From: Chiloscyllium plagiosum
Lineage: Eukaryota
Assembly: GCF_004010195.1 (NCBI RefSeq)
Contig: NC_057719.1
Coordinates: forward strand, 86,144,056 to 86,208,055
Length of the DNA stretch: 64,000 nt
Direction: 5' to 3'
Positions 46,801 through 60,568 of the stretch are shown one piece after another. Every line of letters begins with the position of its first letter. Within the stretch, counting starts at the first letter, position 1. Under the pieces are notes generated by a model that had not been told where the DNA came from, ran no database searches, and worked only from the letters and a program-made list of their open reading frames with translations. Both the position numbers and the translations under genes were made by a program.

Positions 46801-48993
46801 GTCTAAACTGATTAGCTGTGCTATTCTGAGCATTCTGGAACTGAGATGGTCCTGTCAAATCTGTGAGGTATGTTTAAGTGATCTGCATCACCAATCAAGA
46901 ACAGTAATAGCCTAGCTCTTTATCCACGTCCCTAAAAGTTGACATCTGAGACTGCTAGCTATAAATCTGCCACTAAGAGGAGGGAGCATGTCATGAAGGT
47001 AGTCACTTGTAATGCTACCTGTGCTGAGTTCAGGAGCAGGATGAGCTTTGATCAGTGGGACTAGAATAACTGATCATAACTGATTGTAAATCCTGACAGA
47101 CTCTGTCCCAAAACTGACACATGGAAAACAATTTCTATTATATGTTCTAAATAGTTCTGCAGTATTGTGCACATATAGGCATAAGTTAAAGGCTTCACAA
47201 GATATTCAACATGAAGATTTACAACAGAAGTGTAGAAATCGTATTTCATTTGAAATTAGAACAAATAACATCAATACTAGTCAATACTCCTGTGTATTGG
47301 CTTTTCTGATGGAAGTTAACAGCTTCATTTTAGAATTCATGAAAGTTTGTTCATGTAAAAAATATTGTCTGGATGGTAAAATGATTGCTATCTTTTGCGG
47401 GCTGACCACATGCCAGCTGGTAGTTCTCTATATTCCAGTCACAATGAAAAATATGCAGTATAGCACTGCCATCAGCTGATGCAGCAGCATAAGGATCACA
47501 TGACACTTATCTCAGAATTGCTAGCCTCATAACGAATCACCTGAAGTTGTTTAGGAAATATCATGTGTGCATCCTACATGTGAGTATGAAGATGTATAAA
47601 CTTGCATGTACTTTATCAATATCCAACCAGTTATCTGTGGCATCCACACCGATACAATTTCGACAGATTTACTTGTCAAATCTAACCGGTCTTCAAAAAC
47701 ATTAGCGCTATTGGTCAGCACTACCTATATAATAGTGATTGATCTGAGATCCTTCTGTTGAAGTTGGGATGTAAATTTTCATTTGAATTGAAACTTACCC
47801 AATGCTGAAGTTGAAACTCTGCTTCAACAGAAACTTTGAGAATCTGTCGCTGATCTTTCAAAATTGTCCTTAATTTCTCCTCTAAATGGGATATTTATCC
47901 AGCATCCTCGTTTGCAGGCACTAGAGCTAGTGACTCGCATCTACAAAGTCTTCAATTCTCATTGCTGGATTGTAATTTCACCTCTCACGTTTCCTGTACA
48001 GATAGGGGAATGAACGCACGTAGTGCACAGTCTCTTGTGGCTATTCCCTTTTCTAACAGATACACTGTTTTGGATATTGTTTTGAGTGGTCGTGGTTATG
48101 GGGGGAGGGCATAATAGCCTCTTAGGGGAATCCACCAGAGCAGCCAGGCCTGTGGCACCACAAATGGCTTTGCTGTAGACCAGATAGAGGAATGAATGCA
48201 ACAATACTGCATTTCCTAAAATTGTCAGGAAGGGTTGGGAAACCATGCAGTTCACATTCTCCTTTGATAAATTCATTAAACTTCTCATGTAGCAGAGGAG
48301 TAACTCACCCTCGTCCACAAGTAGCATATTCTTAGCAAGTTTCTGGCCCTCAAATCTAAAGTAGAATATCCTCACCAGAGACAAAAAGTTTGCATTTATA
48401 CAACAGTTTTAACACAACAAAATGTTGCAAGATCCTTCATAGGAACACAATCCAACAAAAAGTGTTGTTATCCGACATGAGGATAGATGATCAAAAGTTT
48501 GGTTCGAAAGTTAAGCTTTAAAAAACTGAGATACACATCTGAATTTTTGAAATTTCAATTTCTTCGTTCGTTGAACACCACAACAAATAGGAATGGGAGT
48601 AATCTATTTGGACATTAAGCTTGGCCTGCCAGTCAATAAGATCATGGCTGATCTGACTGGGGTCTCAATTTTCTCACCTGTCTCATATAACCTTGACACC
48701 CGTATAAATCAAACATTTATCAAACTCATACTTAAATATGTTCAATGACTAAGTTTCCAATGCTCTCACAGACAGAAAATCCCAAATACTAATGACCCAC
48801 TAAGAGAAGAATTTGCTCTTCATTTCTGTCTTAAATAAGAACCCTTTATTTTAAAATGTGTGCCCCCTAGTTCTACTTGCCCCTACAACATCCTCTCATT
48901 ATCTACCTGACAAGCCCACTCAATCTTATGTTTCAATAAAGGTGCCTCTCATCCTTTTAAACCCCAAGGAGTAAAAGCCTCAATGGTAGTCAT

Positions 48994-49195
48994 GATTTGG
49001 AGATGCTGGTGTCGGACTGGGGTGTACAAAGTTAAAAATCACACAATACCAGGTTATAGTCCAACAGGTTTAATTGGAAGCACTAGCTTTCGGAGTGCTG
49101 CTCCTTCATCCACCTGATGAAGGTGCAGCACTCCGAAAGCTAGTGCTTCCAATTAAACCTGTTGGAGTATAACCTGGCATTGTGTGATTTTTAAA
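48994..49195. mobile_element. Penelope-derived palindrome (second family) with hammerhead core
   Basis: Inverted arms at about 49032-49110 and 49116-49194. On +, CTGATGA (49114-49120)-aggtgcagcactcc-GAAA (49135-49138)-gctagtgctt. Confidence 0.88.
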
Positions 49196-49256
49196 TTGTT
49201 CAAGCTTGCCTCTTAAGACAACTTAATTCACAATCTAATGTATCAGAATTTGAGTA

Positions 49257-49463
49257 CAGGTCATTCTGCTATAACATGCATTTCGTTAACACAAATTTGC
49301 TATAACAGCATTGACCAACTGGGGACACAAAGTTTTAAAGCGTGTGTTAGTTATAATGTGATTCCGGCCCCATTAGTTTAAATGGTGCTGCTTTTACGTG
49401 ATTTTTTCTTATAACACGGGATTGTACAAGAAAGGAACTACCTCCTTATAGCAGAACTTACAG
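49257..49463. mobile_element. Tc1/mariner-pogo (Tigger-like) MITE
   Basis: TA flanks; imperfect TIRs caggtcattctgctataa ... ttatagcagaacttacag. Confidence 0.75.
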
Positions 49464-49843
49464 TACCTATTTATTTTTCAGAGAGAGTCAGCACCTTCTG
49501 TACTGTTGGACCAGGAAAGTAGTATGCTTTCATCATTATCCTTCAAAAGGAAACTGAACAAATCTCTTAGACAATTATTCAAAGTACGCAGTGTGGAAGC
49601 TGGGACGTGACACTCACTGTGGCTTCCTACATCTTACTTGATCAACTTTGACATACAGGAATGCTTTAGTCCTTTCCTAACTGGCCTCAGAACCTTTCTC
49701 TTTTCACTGACTTCCTAGAACTCCATGAGTGCAGGTTGAGTTGACAGAGCCTGTGGCTGCAACATGTCAAAGAGTGAGTTGGATGGATTATGTTATCTTT
49801 TCCTATCCATTTATTCTTTGTTTGCATTTAATACCATTCACAT

Positions 49844-50770
49844 TGTGACGATATTATGGCTTTAAGAAGTGCATTTTGTCTGGGTTTTTTGAAGACAAGT
49901 TTTAAGGCAGAAGAACGGAAATGTCCATTGACAATTTATGAACAGGTTGTGAGGCCTTGAGTTTCTCTTTTAGTTGAAACAATAGAAGCAGCCTGAATGG
50001 ATCAAGCTACATAGAACCAGGATTTTTAGGGTTAGCGTTCAGCAGTTGCTTCTGGGGTCTTGAAGAAATAGAAGGTATTTCTTTTTTTCCCCCCCTCCCT
50101 TGATTACAACTAAAAGCTGGGGGTTCTCTTCCTGCTGCTGGAGTTGCTTGTGAGACAATCTGTTTTCTGAATTTGCCAAGAGTATGTTTATGGGATGTTA
50201 ATATTTTGGAACAGTTAATTAATAGTAGTTAATAATTTATTACTATGTTAAATTTTGCCAATTTCTTCTTTCTTTTGTTGCATTTTAACTATAGTGAATG
50301 AATAGTGTGTTTTGATTAGATTAGATTACATTACAGTGTGGAAACAGGCACTTCGGCCCAACAAGTCCACATCGACCCGCCGAAGCGCAACCCACCCATA
50401 CCCCTACATTTACCCCTTACCTAACACTACGGGCAATTTAGTATGGCCAATTCACCTGACCCTGCACATCTTTGGACTGTGGGAGGAAACCGGAGCACCC
50501 GGAGGAAACCCACACAGACACGGGGAGAACGTGCAAACTCCACAAACTCAGTCGCTTGAGGCGGGAATTGAACCCAGGTCTCTGGCGCTGTGAGGCAGCA
50601 GTGCTAACCACTGTGCCACCGTGCCTCCCTGTTGTTTTGTTTTAAATCTGGTGGTGTGACCAATTGAATTGCATCCAGAATAAAATGCCAGGCATTTGCC
50701 ATTAAAATAAAAAAAAGTTAGAGTCTAGGCTATATTTTTAGTATATTTTCAGGGAGTCTGGTCTGTAACA
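49844..50770 (+). mobile_element. Solo LTR (Gypsy-like) containing an HE1 SINE
   Basis: TGTGAC...GTAACA termini; 4-bp TSD acat/atat. Confidence 0.8.
50314..50625 (-). mobile_element. Young HE1-type V-SINE
   Basis: Nearly identical to 24724-25017. Confidence 0.95.
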
Positions 50771-51319
50771 ATATATTTCAATGAGATTGGAGTCATCACT
50801 GGAATAGATAGGACTTGAACCCAGAGCTTCTGGCTGAGAGACAGAAGTATAATTAGAAAGCTCTCCCAGGATACTAACAATGGGAATTCAGAAATGGTAA
50901 TGCCATTGTATGTCAAGTGGACATGGTCAGATTCTCTCTTGTTGAAGATGGTCTTTGCATGACACTTGGGTGGCATGTATATTACTTGCTATTTATCATC
51001 AAGCCTAAGCATGCTCAGGTCTTACTGTATATGGAGCCAGGCTTCTTCAGTATTTGCAAATTTTATGGAATGATGCTGAACACTTCCCCATTCCTGATGT
51101 TTTGTGGAAGGGAAGATCTCTGATAAAACAGCAAGAGATGGCTGGCCTGGAAGACCACCTTGAGCAACCACCGTAGTGATGCAGTGGAGCAGGGTCATTG
51201 GCTTCCAATTTCTCCATAACCACAACCATATTTCTTTGTGCTGAATCAGATTCAAACCAGTGGAGAGTTTTACCCTCTCTCCCAGTGACTTTTATTTTAT
51301 CAGGACTCATTGTCTCAAC

Positions 51320-52160
51320 TGATCAAATTTCACATTTTGCTGATGACACCACCATAGTCGGTCGAATCTCAGATGGTGATGAAACAGACTACAGATCAGA
51401 GGTGGAAGACCTGGAAAAATGGTGCACTGAGAACAACCTAGCTCTCAATGCCAGCAAAACCAAGGAACTCACTATTGACTTTTGGCAGGATGTTACTCAT
51501 GCCCCCACATATCAACAGCACAGAGGTGGAACAAGTGGAGAGTGTCAAGCTCCTGGAAATGGTCAGCCAAAAGAAGCTTTCTTGGACTCTTCATGTGGAC
51601 GCATTGGTTAGAAAGGCCCAACAATATCTCTTCTTCCTCCGGCAGCTGAGGAAATTTGGCATGACGGTAAATACCCTTGTCAACTTTTATAGGTGCGCCA
51701 TCGAGGACATTCTGCCTGGATGTATCACTACCTGGTATAGCAACTGTACCATTCAAGATCGGAGACGGTTACAGAGAGTGGTGAACTCGTCTCAGACAAT
51801 CACAAAAGTCAACCTCCCATCCATAGAAATCATCTACCAGATCTGCTGTCAAGGAAAGGCTTGCAGCATTCTCAAAGGTCCATCCCACCCTGGCAATGTT
51901 TCTCTACAACCTCTACCATTGAAGCCTGAACACACACATTAGCTGGTTTCGAAACAGTTTCTACCCTACTTTTGTTAAAATACTGAATGGACTCTCAAAC
52001 TTTAACATTCACCTGTACCTATGTTTTTTGTTTTTTTCAGCTGTTTACTTATTATTTACTTATCTATGCTACATAACTCTTGTGATCTGCCTGTATTGCT
52101 CGGAAGACAAAGCTTTTCACAGTGTCTTGGTACACATGACAATGAATTCAATTCAATTCA
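51320..52160 (+). mobile_element. 5'-truncated Rex1/Babar-type LINE
   Basis: Peptides FADDTTIVGRISDGDETDYRSEVEDL..WCTENNLALNASKTKEL.IDF and KAQQ.LFFLRQLRKFG...FYRC.IE.IL.GCITTWY; (ATTCA)n tail. Confidence 0.88.
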
Positions 52161-55100
52161 CACTGATGTCAAGACCAGTCATTCATACCTCACTTTTTGA
52201 GTTTACCTCTTTTGCCCATGTCTGAACCCAGGCTGTAATGAGGTCAGGAGCTAAATGGCTCTAGCAGAACCCAAATTGAGCAACACTGAGTAGGCTATTG
52301 CTATATAAACTCTGCGCAACAGGGTAGTTAGTGACACCATTTTATTGTTGATCATCGAGATGGTAATTGGTAGGATTAGATTTCTTTTGCTTCTTATGAA
52401 TATGCCGAGTCTATTTTCACATTACCAGGTTGATGCCAGTGCATGCTGATGCACAACATTAGCAAGGACAAAGGAAGATGTGGAGTGGAAAGATTTAAAA
52501 GGCATCTGGATGGGTATATGAATAGGAAAGGTTTAGAGGGATATCGGCCAAGTGCTGGCAAATGGGATTAGATTAGGTTGGGATATTTGGTTCACATGGA
52601 TGAGTTGGACCGAAGGGTCTGTTTCCATGCGGTACATCTTTATGACTCTATGATAGATTGCTGTCTCTCTGGACAAAGTCAAAGTAAGGAAATAGACTAT
52701 GGTTGACTCTAATAGGGAATGTCATTTGTGAACTTGGGCAGGCATAAGTTCAGCTGCAATGGTTCAAACAGAGAGTTTTCAGAAGTGAGGAACATAGGAA
52801 TACTGCTCATGTTGAACATACTTTGTGATATCAGTCTTGTATGTGCCTTTTAGAAGTCTGAATTTATGACAGAGGGTGGGGGGAGGGGGGGGAGGTCCTA
52901 CTACTCAGTTTTGCACAGAATTTAATTATTCTATACTTAGTCTAGCATTCTCACGAAGTGTCAAAAGTCATGACCGTAAACTCAGTATGTAATCAAGAGC
53001 TAGGCAAACAATTCACTGCAGTATTGAGAAGGAACTGGGACAGAAATCACAGAACCCAGTGCTGGTCCTGGTCCCCAGCCCCTGACTCGAGCATACTGGC
53101 TCTATCCCTAACTCAAGCACAGTGAGCTCCCTACAGTTTTGAGTTCCTGTTATGGACCCCAATGTAAACTCAATCCTGGGCTCCAGAAGAGAATGTGCAA
53201 GTGTGTTTCACTGTTGAATGTCATTTTTGGATGAGGCATTAAAGTAACATAAACAAAACTACAATGTACTTTAGCATAAGATGTAAAACTTCAGGACTGA
53301 AATGAGCATAATGCAACAATTAGTGTCTTTGAGACTAGGACCCGAGGGCACAGCCTTAGAGTAATGGGAAGACCTTTTAGGACGGAGATAAAGAGAAATG
53401 TCTTCAGCCAGAGAGTAGTGAATCTATGGAATTCACTGCCACAGAATGCTGTGGAGGCCATGTCGTTGAGCATATTTAAGATAGAGATTGTCAAGGGTTA
53501 CAGGGAGAAAGTGGGAGAATAGGGCTGAGAAACTGATCAGTCATGATTGAATGGTGGGGCAGACTCGATGGGCTGAAAGGCCTAATTTCTGCTCCTACAG
53601 CTTATGATCATGGATTAATCTGCAAGTTCAGAGTAATACAGCCTTCCTGATTAATGTAAATCAGTACGTAATCTGTTAGTCTAACATGTTTAGGGATGCC
53701 CATCTTGGACCATACACAAAATTGGGATGGAAACTTTGCGAAGGTTCAGCACCTGATTATAACCTGCCATGTGTGTCATTTTTCCGATCTTTTTCTCCCA
53801 TTTTGCTTCCGAATATTTCCTAATTTGTGACCTAGTAGACAAAAATGACTTGTGTAAAACTTCATCCATGTTCAAATGTCACTCACTCCACCCCGTGACA
53901 GTAAAAATGAAAACTATACCAATTTTGACAATAAATTGCTGCATTCTCCCTGCTGGAAATATATCATAACGATGATAAACATTGTTTTTGACACTGAGTT
54001 ATGGCAATATATAAGGTGAAATAAAAATAAATTTTAGATAGATGAGTAAAGAAAATATTTATTCCTTAGTACTAACCATTATGGAGAACATACTTTAATT
54101 ATTTACTGCAAGACATTCTATGTCTATTGGTCAGCACTCTGCTAAACATTCTCAAAGAACTCTCAATTTGGCACACCTTTCATCGCAATAATCGTTCATG
54201 ACATGATGATGTTAAATATCTGCCTTCAAAACTACTACAACTAAGGAAGATAATAAAGAGTCAGAAAGCCAGAATGAAGATACCGGAAAGATTTTTATGT
54301 AGAATACAGCAAAAGAGAATTGCGAGTCAGAAGTTTCTTTTACTTTTGAACATCTAGGTTTTGTCATATATGTTACATCGAAGCAAGTTTGTAAATTAAA
54401 GCTAAACTACTAAATTGAAAATTTCTGTAAAAAGAAGATATCTGTTAATTGATTTAATTGGAAAATGATCACATAGTTGCATTTGTGTAACAGCATCTAC
54501 CATTTGATACTATGAGTTCAAGAAATTACTCACATTAAAAGAATTCACAATCAATAGCCTTATGAACAAATGGATAAAGCAGTATATTCAGAGTTTTAGA
54601 GCATTCATTACTCCAACAGACTTTTTTCAAGAGATATGAAAATGCACTAAACATTACTCAGTGTAATGGATCTGGAATCTAAGGATGCTAAAAATCTAAA
54701 GGTAAGAGTTTAAAATAAAACACATTCTGAGCAGTGGCAACCCACTTGGATTTGTTTGCTATTAACTGGCAGATGTGGAACAATCTGAATGGGCTGACAG
54801 CACTGTGAAAAGTGAAGCACGGAGGTGCAATTGGGTCATATCTGTAGAACTGAATAATTACTACAATCACGTTGTTTGTGAAACTGAAGTCAATAAACTT
54901 AACAATTTGCAGGGATTGTTGGAAAAACACAAGTGGTTCATGAAATTCCCTCAGGGAGGGAATTACCACCCTGATCTAGTCAGACTTACATAATGCTTAA
55001 GGGCTGCTTATCATACAATTATTCAAAATATTACACCAACACTTTTGCAAGGTGACAAGAAATAAGCAATAAACATGGCACTGCCAACATCATCCTGAAA

Positions 55101-55239
55101 CAACTGAAGAAGTCATCACAAAGAAAATTTGAATGTACAACTTCTGAAAAGAGTCAAAGGCCTTCATCAAAAATAACTCTCAAAATCAAATTCTAAGCAA
55201 AAAATCTGCCTTGCATTAACCAGATGATATAAGTGATTA

Positions 55240-56165
55240 TGAGCATAAGAGGTATAGATAGTAAGTTTGCAGATGACACCAAAATTGGAGGTGTAGTGGA
55301 CAGCGAAGAAGGTTACCTCAGATTACAACGAGATCTTTATCAGGTGGGGCCAATGGGCTGAGAAGTGGCAGGTGGAATTTAATTTAGATAAATGCGAGGT
55401 GCTGCATTTTGGGAAAGCAAATCTTAGCAGGACTTATACACTTTATGGTAAGGTCCTGGGGAGTGTTGTTGAACAAAGAGACCTTGGAGGTTCATAGCTC
55501 CTTGAAAGTAGAGTTGCGAGTAGATAGGATAGTGAAGGCGGCGTTTGGTACACTTTCCTTTATTGGTTGGAGTACTGAGTACAGGACTTGGGAGATCATG
55601 TTGCAGACATACAGGACATTGGTTCGGTCACTTTTGGAATATTGTGTGCAATTTTGGTCTCCTTCGTCTCAGAAGGATGTTGTGAAACTTAAAAGGGTTC
55701 AGAAAAGATTTACAAGAATGTGGCCAGAGTTGAAGAATTTGAGCTATAGGGAGAGGTTGAATAGACTGGGGCTGTTTTCCCTGGAGCGTTGGAGGCTGAA
55801 GGGTGACCTTATAGAGGCTGATAAAATTATGAGAGGCATGGATAGGATGGGGGAGACCAGAATTAGAGGGCATAGGTTTAGGGTGAGAGGGGAAAGATAT
55901 AAAAGAGACCTAAAGGGCAACGGTTTCAAGTAGAGGGTGGTACGTGTATGGAATGACCTGCCAGAGAAAATGGTGGAGGCTAGTACAACTGCAACATTTA
56001 AAAGGCATCTGGGTGGGTATATGAATAGGAAGGGTTTGAAGGGATATGGGCTAGGTGCTGGCAAGTGGGACGAGATTGGGTTGGGATATCTGGTTTGGCA
56101 TATCTGGCATGGATGAGTTGGACCGAAGGGTCTATTTTCATGCTGTACATCTCTATGACTCTATG
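55240..56165 (+). mobile_element. 5'-truncated CR1/HER1 LINE
   Basis: FADDTKIGG; YRTLVRSLLEYCVQFWSP...RVQKRFTRM; tail ctctatgactctatg. Confidence 0.93.
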
Positions 56166-57724
56166 GTTTGACGGATGGAGATATTGTTTGTCGTACCATG
56201 GTAACACTTTGCAGGGATGAAGAAAACCTTCACGAAATGCAGTCGATTTGTGTCTCTTGTGGCCTGCAAAGATATTTCCTAAAGGATCCAATTTAAAAAA
56301 AGCATAAAGTGGTCCTTGGAAATAGGAAGCTTCTCCAGAATAAATGGAAAGATTAATATTTCTTCTTTGTCTCTTAACAGTTGAAAGAGGGCAGAAAGTT
56401 GAAACATAAATAAAACCTTATTCATCAGACAACAATTTTTTTAAAACACCTCTTTGGTGAACTGAGAGGAAAATGTAACAATTTATAATAGAAATTTTGC
56501 AGAAGAATCTGAACATCAATATAAATCTGATGGTGCAGGAACAAACATGGTTTTTAATTATACTTAATTTGCCATATAGCAGCTGGTGCATGTATTATTC
56601 TTGTGCCATTTTTATTTCCAAAATGAACAATAGTGAAAACATTTTAAACAATCTAATTTAGTTGACATCAATATTCTATGAATGCAACATTCAATTAAAT
56701 ATTCAGGAATACTCATAAACTGTTCATAAGAGAAGTGGAAATTAAATTGAGTTAACATTGAGTTAAATTGAGAACTGAGGTTTGGATTTGGTCTCTCAAA
56801 TCAGGAACATTTGAGCCTCAGCAGCATCACAAGCATTGGAGATGATGGCCTTTGCAATTCTGAGTCTGAAAACTCGAGTGGTTAATGTAAATTAGGAAGC
56901 ATGTAGTTCTCAAAATCAATCCCTGGACCACTCTGTGCAGCACTTCTCCAACCCAGTAAAACTCTCGTCTAAAGAATTCTCTGTGGTTCCTCATCAATAA
57001 GGGATTCTCTTAGCCATTTCTAGGCTACACTTTGAATTCTATTGTCTTAAGACAATAAGGCTATAAGAAATAGAAACAGGAATAGGTGTTTGGCCCCTCA
57101 AACTTGTTCTGCCATTCAATACGATCATGGTTGATTAGAGATTTCCCTTGCAAACAAAGTTAAGCCTAAAGGTCAAACTCTTAAGATGGTCAGTGGCCAC
57201 ACACACTGACATTATAGTCAGTGGATGCGAACTAAGCAGTTGAATACTTTTGGGGATGGTAATTTGCACTGTCAATGCTTTAATGTTTCAAGTATCTGTC
57301 ATTTTGTAAACTGAAATACAACTAAAAGGAAGTGTTTTATCAACAAGGAATTTGCCATTGTCTTATAGTGCAATCAGAACTGGCATTTCTTGAAGATGTG
57401 GTCTCCTGAAACCTTCTATGGATGACAAGCTTTAGGTTCTGGGTCAGCAAGATGAAGGGCGTTTTTAAATATACAATAAAAAAGAAAGTTCCAAGGAATT
57501 CATATAATTAAGATGAAACACAGCACTGTTCCAGCATAGTCAAACTTTCCATCATTAGATGGAAGCATTGGAAATGCAGTATCTATCTTTTTACTTTTCA
57601 CAGAGTTCCAAACATTCTTTCTAGAAGTAGTACTTATCTGTACTACTCTCAATTTAGTAACTGTACTGATCATGTTTTCTCTTCACTGGAAAGACTGAAT
57701 GCAGATATGTTGGCCACTGCGCTG

Positions 57725-58006
57725 ATTAGATTAGATTCCCTACAGCGTGGAAACAGGCCCTTTGACCCAACAAGTTCACACCGACCCTCCGAAAAGTAAC
57801 CCACTCAGACCCATTTCCCTTTGACTAATGCACCTAACACTATGGGTAATTTAGCATGGCCAATTCACCTGACCTGCACATCTTCAGAGTGTGGGAGGAA
57901 ACCGGAGAACCTGGAGGAAACCCACAAAGACACGGGAGAATGTGAAAACTCTACACAAGGCTGGAATCGAACATGTGTCCCTGGCACTGTGAGGCAGCAG
58001 TGCTAA
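57725..58006 (-). mobile_element. HE1-type V-SINE, slightly 5'-truncated
   Basis: (gatta)n tail, V-domain and partial tRNA head. Confidence 0.9.
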
Positions 58007-59112
58007 TCAACACTTTCTTCAGTCTGCTTCTCACTTTAATTCTCTGCATCATTTCCACTTTGATCTCTTCCACACTTCTAATGAACCAATGAACTCATGT
58101 TTCCATTTTACATGTACTCAAAAGTGAGTTTAAAAATTTCAGATTGCAACACTGCCACAAATCTCCCCGGGTACTGACTGGCCTCCAGAATATTTCTCGC
58201 ATTTTATGTTTAATCATAAAAAATGGACAAGGAATCTATGAACAGCATCCTGGGCTGCTGCCAATATCACAAATCACAGAGCTCAAAACAGGTAAGTGCA
58301 AGAACATTGATGCTAGATTGGGCCTGCAGAAGGGAACAACATATTTGATTCTGTCCTCACTAATCTGCCTGTTGCAGATGCATTTGTCCATGACAGTATC
58401 ACTAACAGTGACTACCAAACGGTCTTTGTGGAGGTGAAGTCCCACCTTCATAGTGATAATAACTCACATCATGTTATGTAACACTATCAACATGCGAAAC
58501 GGAACAAACTTCAAAAAGATACACTAATTCAAGACGCATAGCAGCAGAATCATACACCACACAACCTGCAATGATCTGGCATATTCATGACTCTACCATT
58601 ACCATCAGGCCAGGGGTTCACCCTGGTTCAAAGGAGAGCGCTGGAAGAAAGCCAGGAACAGCACCAGGCATACCTAACCAGGAGCAATCAACTTGGTGAA
58701 GCTACAACGCTGGACTACTTGCATGCCAACCAGCATAAGCAGCAAGTGATAGACAAGAGCTAAGCTATTCCACAACCAACAGATCAGATCTAACATCTGC
58801 AGATTACATGACAACATGGGAGACGGTGATGGTGGATGTGTGTCCTTGCAATGTAAATTACATGCGTCCAAGGTTTGCTGCTAGTCTGAAATAGATGGCT
58901 CCCTGCAGAAAGAGCCTCAGCAAAAATGGCATCAAATTACACACTCCAGCTTAAGTCATACAAACAGAAAATGCTGGAAATACTTAACAAGTTAAGAAAC
59001 ATTTATGGACAGGGAACAGTTAATCTTTCAGGTCTGTGAGCTTTCATCAAATCAGCTTAAGTAAGCTATGACCTATTCTGTTTCAAGGAAGACTGACCTT
59101 ACAGTCAATCAG

Positions 59113-59412
59113 TTTATTTTCTGATTAGTATGGCACATTTTACAACAAACATCTAACACAGCTGCGTGCCTCACACCAGCAAAGTTGAGCACATTTCTAG
59201 TAAACATGTTTTACAATCCTACTGGGTGAGTTCAGAGTCAACTTTATTTCCTTACTTAAAGGATATAATTTATCTGTGGCTAAAGCTCCGAAATGCACAG
59301 GTTATTATCTAACCCACCTCTAATTTAATTCGTGATTCAATGAGTCAGCCTAAAACAGAGATCAACAGGCTTCCCAAACTGAAAACGCAGCACAGCTCAG
59401 TCCAATTTTATT
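59113..59412 (-). terminator. Cluster of three AATAAA hexamers, candidate GANC polyadenylation signals
   Basis: tttatt on + at 59113-59118, 59243-59248 and 59407-59412, about 1.0-1.3 kb past the GANC stop. Nearer ATTAAA variants at about 60013 and 60096 are alternatives. Confidence 0.4.
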
Positions 59413-59722
59413 CTTACATGAGTTCTACACATCTGCACATCTCTGTAGGAGTCACAGCACTGTAGTTAGTACTAGCTCTACTATCTTGGTCAAGATCACA
59501 GGCTGAGGATCAAATCTGGAACGTACCTGATCTATTATGCTCCACGTTTCACTACTTGTCTTCTAAGAGATTGAAATCCAGAGAGTTAGGTTGTCTTACA
59601 CTCAAATATGCATAACTGTTTATACCTCAGTTAGCTTATGTCAATTAGCTTAAAACAGGGAAACACAATCAAGGGGAATTCATGTAATAATAACGAGCAA
59701 GTTACAGGACTTCAAAATATCC

Positions 59723-59948
59723 TCGGAGAAAGTGAGGATTGCAGATGCTGGAGATCAGAGTCGAGAGTGTGGTGCTGGAAAAGCACAGCAGGTCAGGCAG
59801 TGTCCGAGGAGCAGGAGAATCAATGTTTTGGACATATGTCCTTCATCAGGAATTCAGATTCCTGACAATGGGCTTATGCCCGAAATGTCAATTCTCCTGC
59901 TCCTTGGATGCTGCCGAACCTGCTGTGCTTTTCCAGCACCACACTCTC
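59723..59948. mobile_element. Penelope-derived palindrome with 15-bp TSD, downstream of the GANC stop
   Basis: TSD gacttcaaaatatcc (59708-59722) / gactttaaaatatcc (59949-59963); inverted arms of about 90 bp; both hammerhead cores mutated. Confidence 0.88.
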
Positions 59949-60455
59949 GACTTTAAAATATCCCATACAGGGCTGAATTTTTGGTAGAAATGTAATCTAC
60001 TGAAGGCTGTTCTTTAATCTTCCATGGGATGGGGGTGTCACTGACAAAGCCAGCATTTGTTGCTGTTTCCTATTTGCCCTTGAACTATTTGAGAATTTAA
60101 TGAAGATCACCACATTGCTGCGGTCTGGAGTCACTTGTAGACCGGACCAGGTAAGTACGGCAGATATCCTTCCCTTGAGGACATCAGTGAACTATGCAGC
60201 TTTACAACAATCAACAATAGTTGTCATGGTCATCATTTCTAGGTCTAACTTAATATTCCAGATGTATTTTTTGAATTCAACTGACCTGATGGGATTTGAA
60301 CCCCAGAGCATTAGAGAGGGTCTTTGGATGACTAGTCCAGTGACATAACCACCACTCCATCATCTCCCCACAGAATTGATGCCAGTACTGCAGTTGACTA
60401 TGGATTCAAATGAAAATCACTTCCACCTTGATACAGATAGCTCAATGTCTGCCCA

Positions 60456-60568
60456 TCAGTAATGAAACTTCAGCATCCAGTCACAGGCTAAATTAAGTCG
60501 CAGATCTTCAACGTTTAAAAGGGACTTCCCCGCATTGTAGGTGAAATGCACTGTGCTCTCTTGTCTGT
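60456..60568 (-). CDS. GANC: Neutral alpha-glucosidase C, last coding exon (not in the ORF track)
   Basis: Acceptor tttccctctacag| at 60569/60568, phase 1. Reads (D)RQESTVHFTYNAGKSLLNVEDLRLNLACDWMLKFHY* with TGA at 60456-60458. Aligns with the recalled human GANC C-terminus DGKDQPVAFTYCAKTSILSLEKLSLNIATDWEVRII. Syntenic with CAPN3. Confidence 0.9.

Noticed and set aside
47799..47940. Exon-like segment on minus with a strong donor TGG|GTAAGT
   Set aside because: Weak acceptor, stops in all three frames and no similarity to GANC or calpain. At most a non-coding exon.
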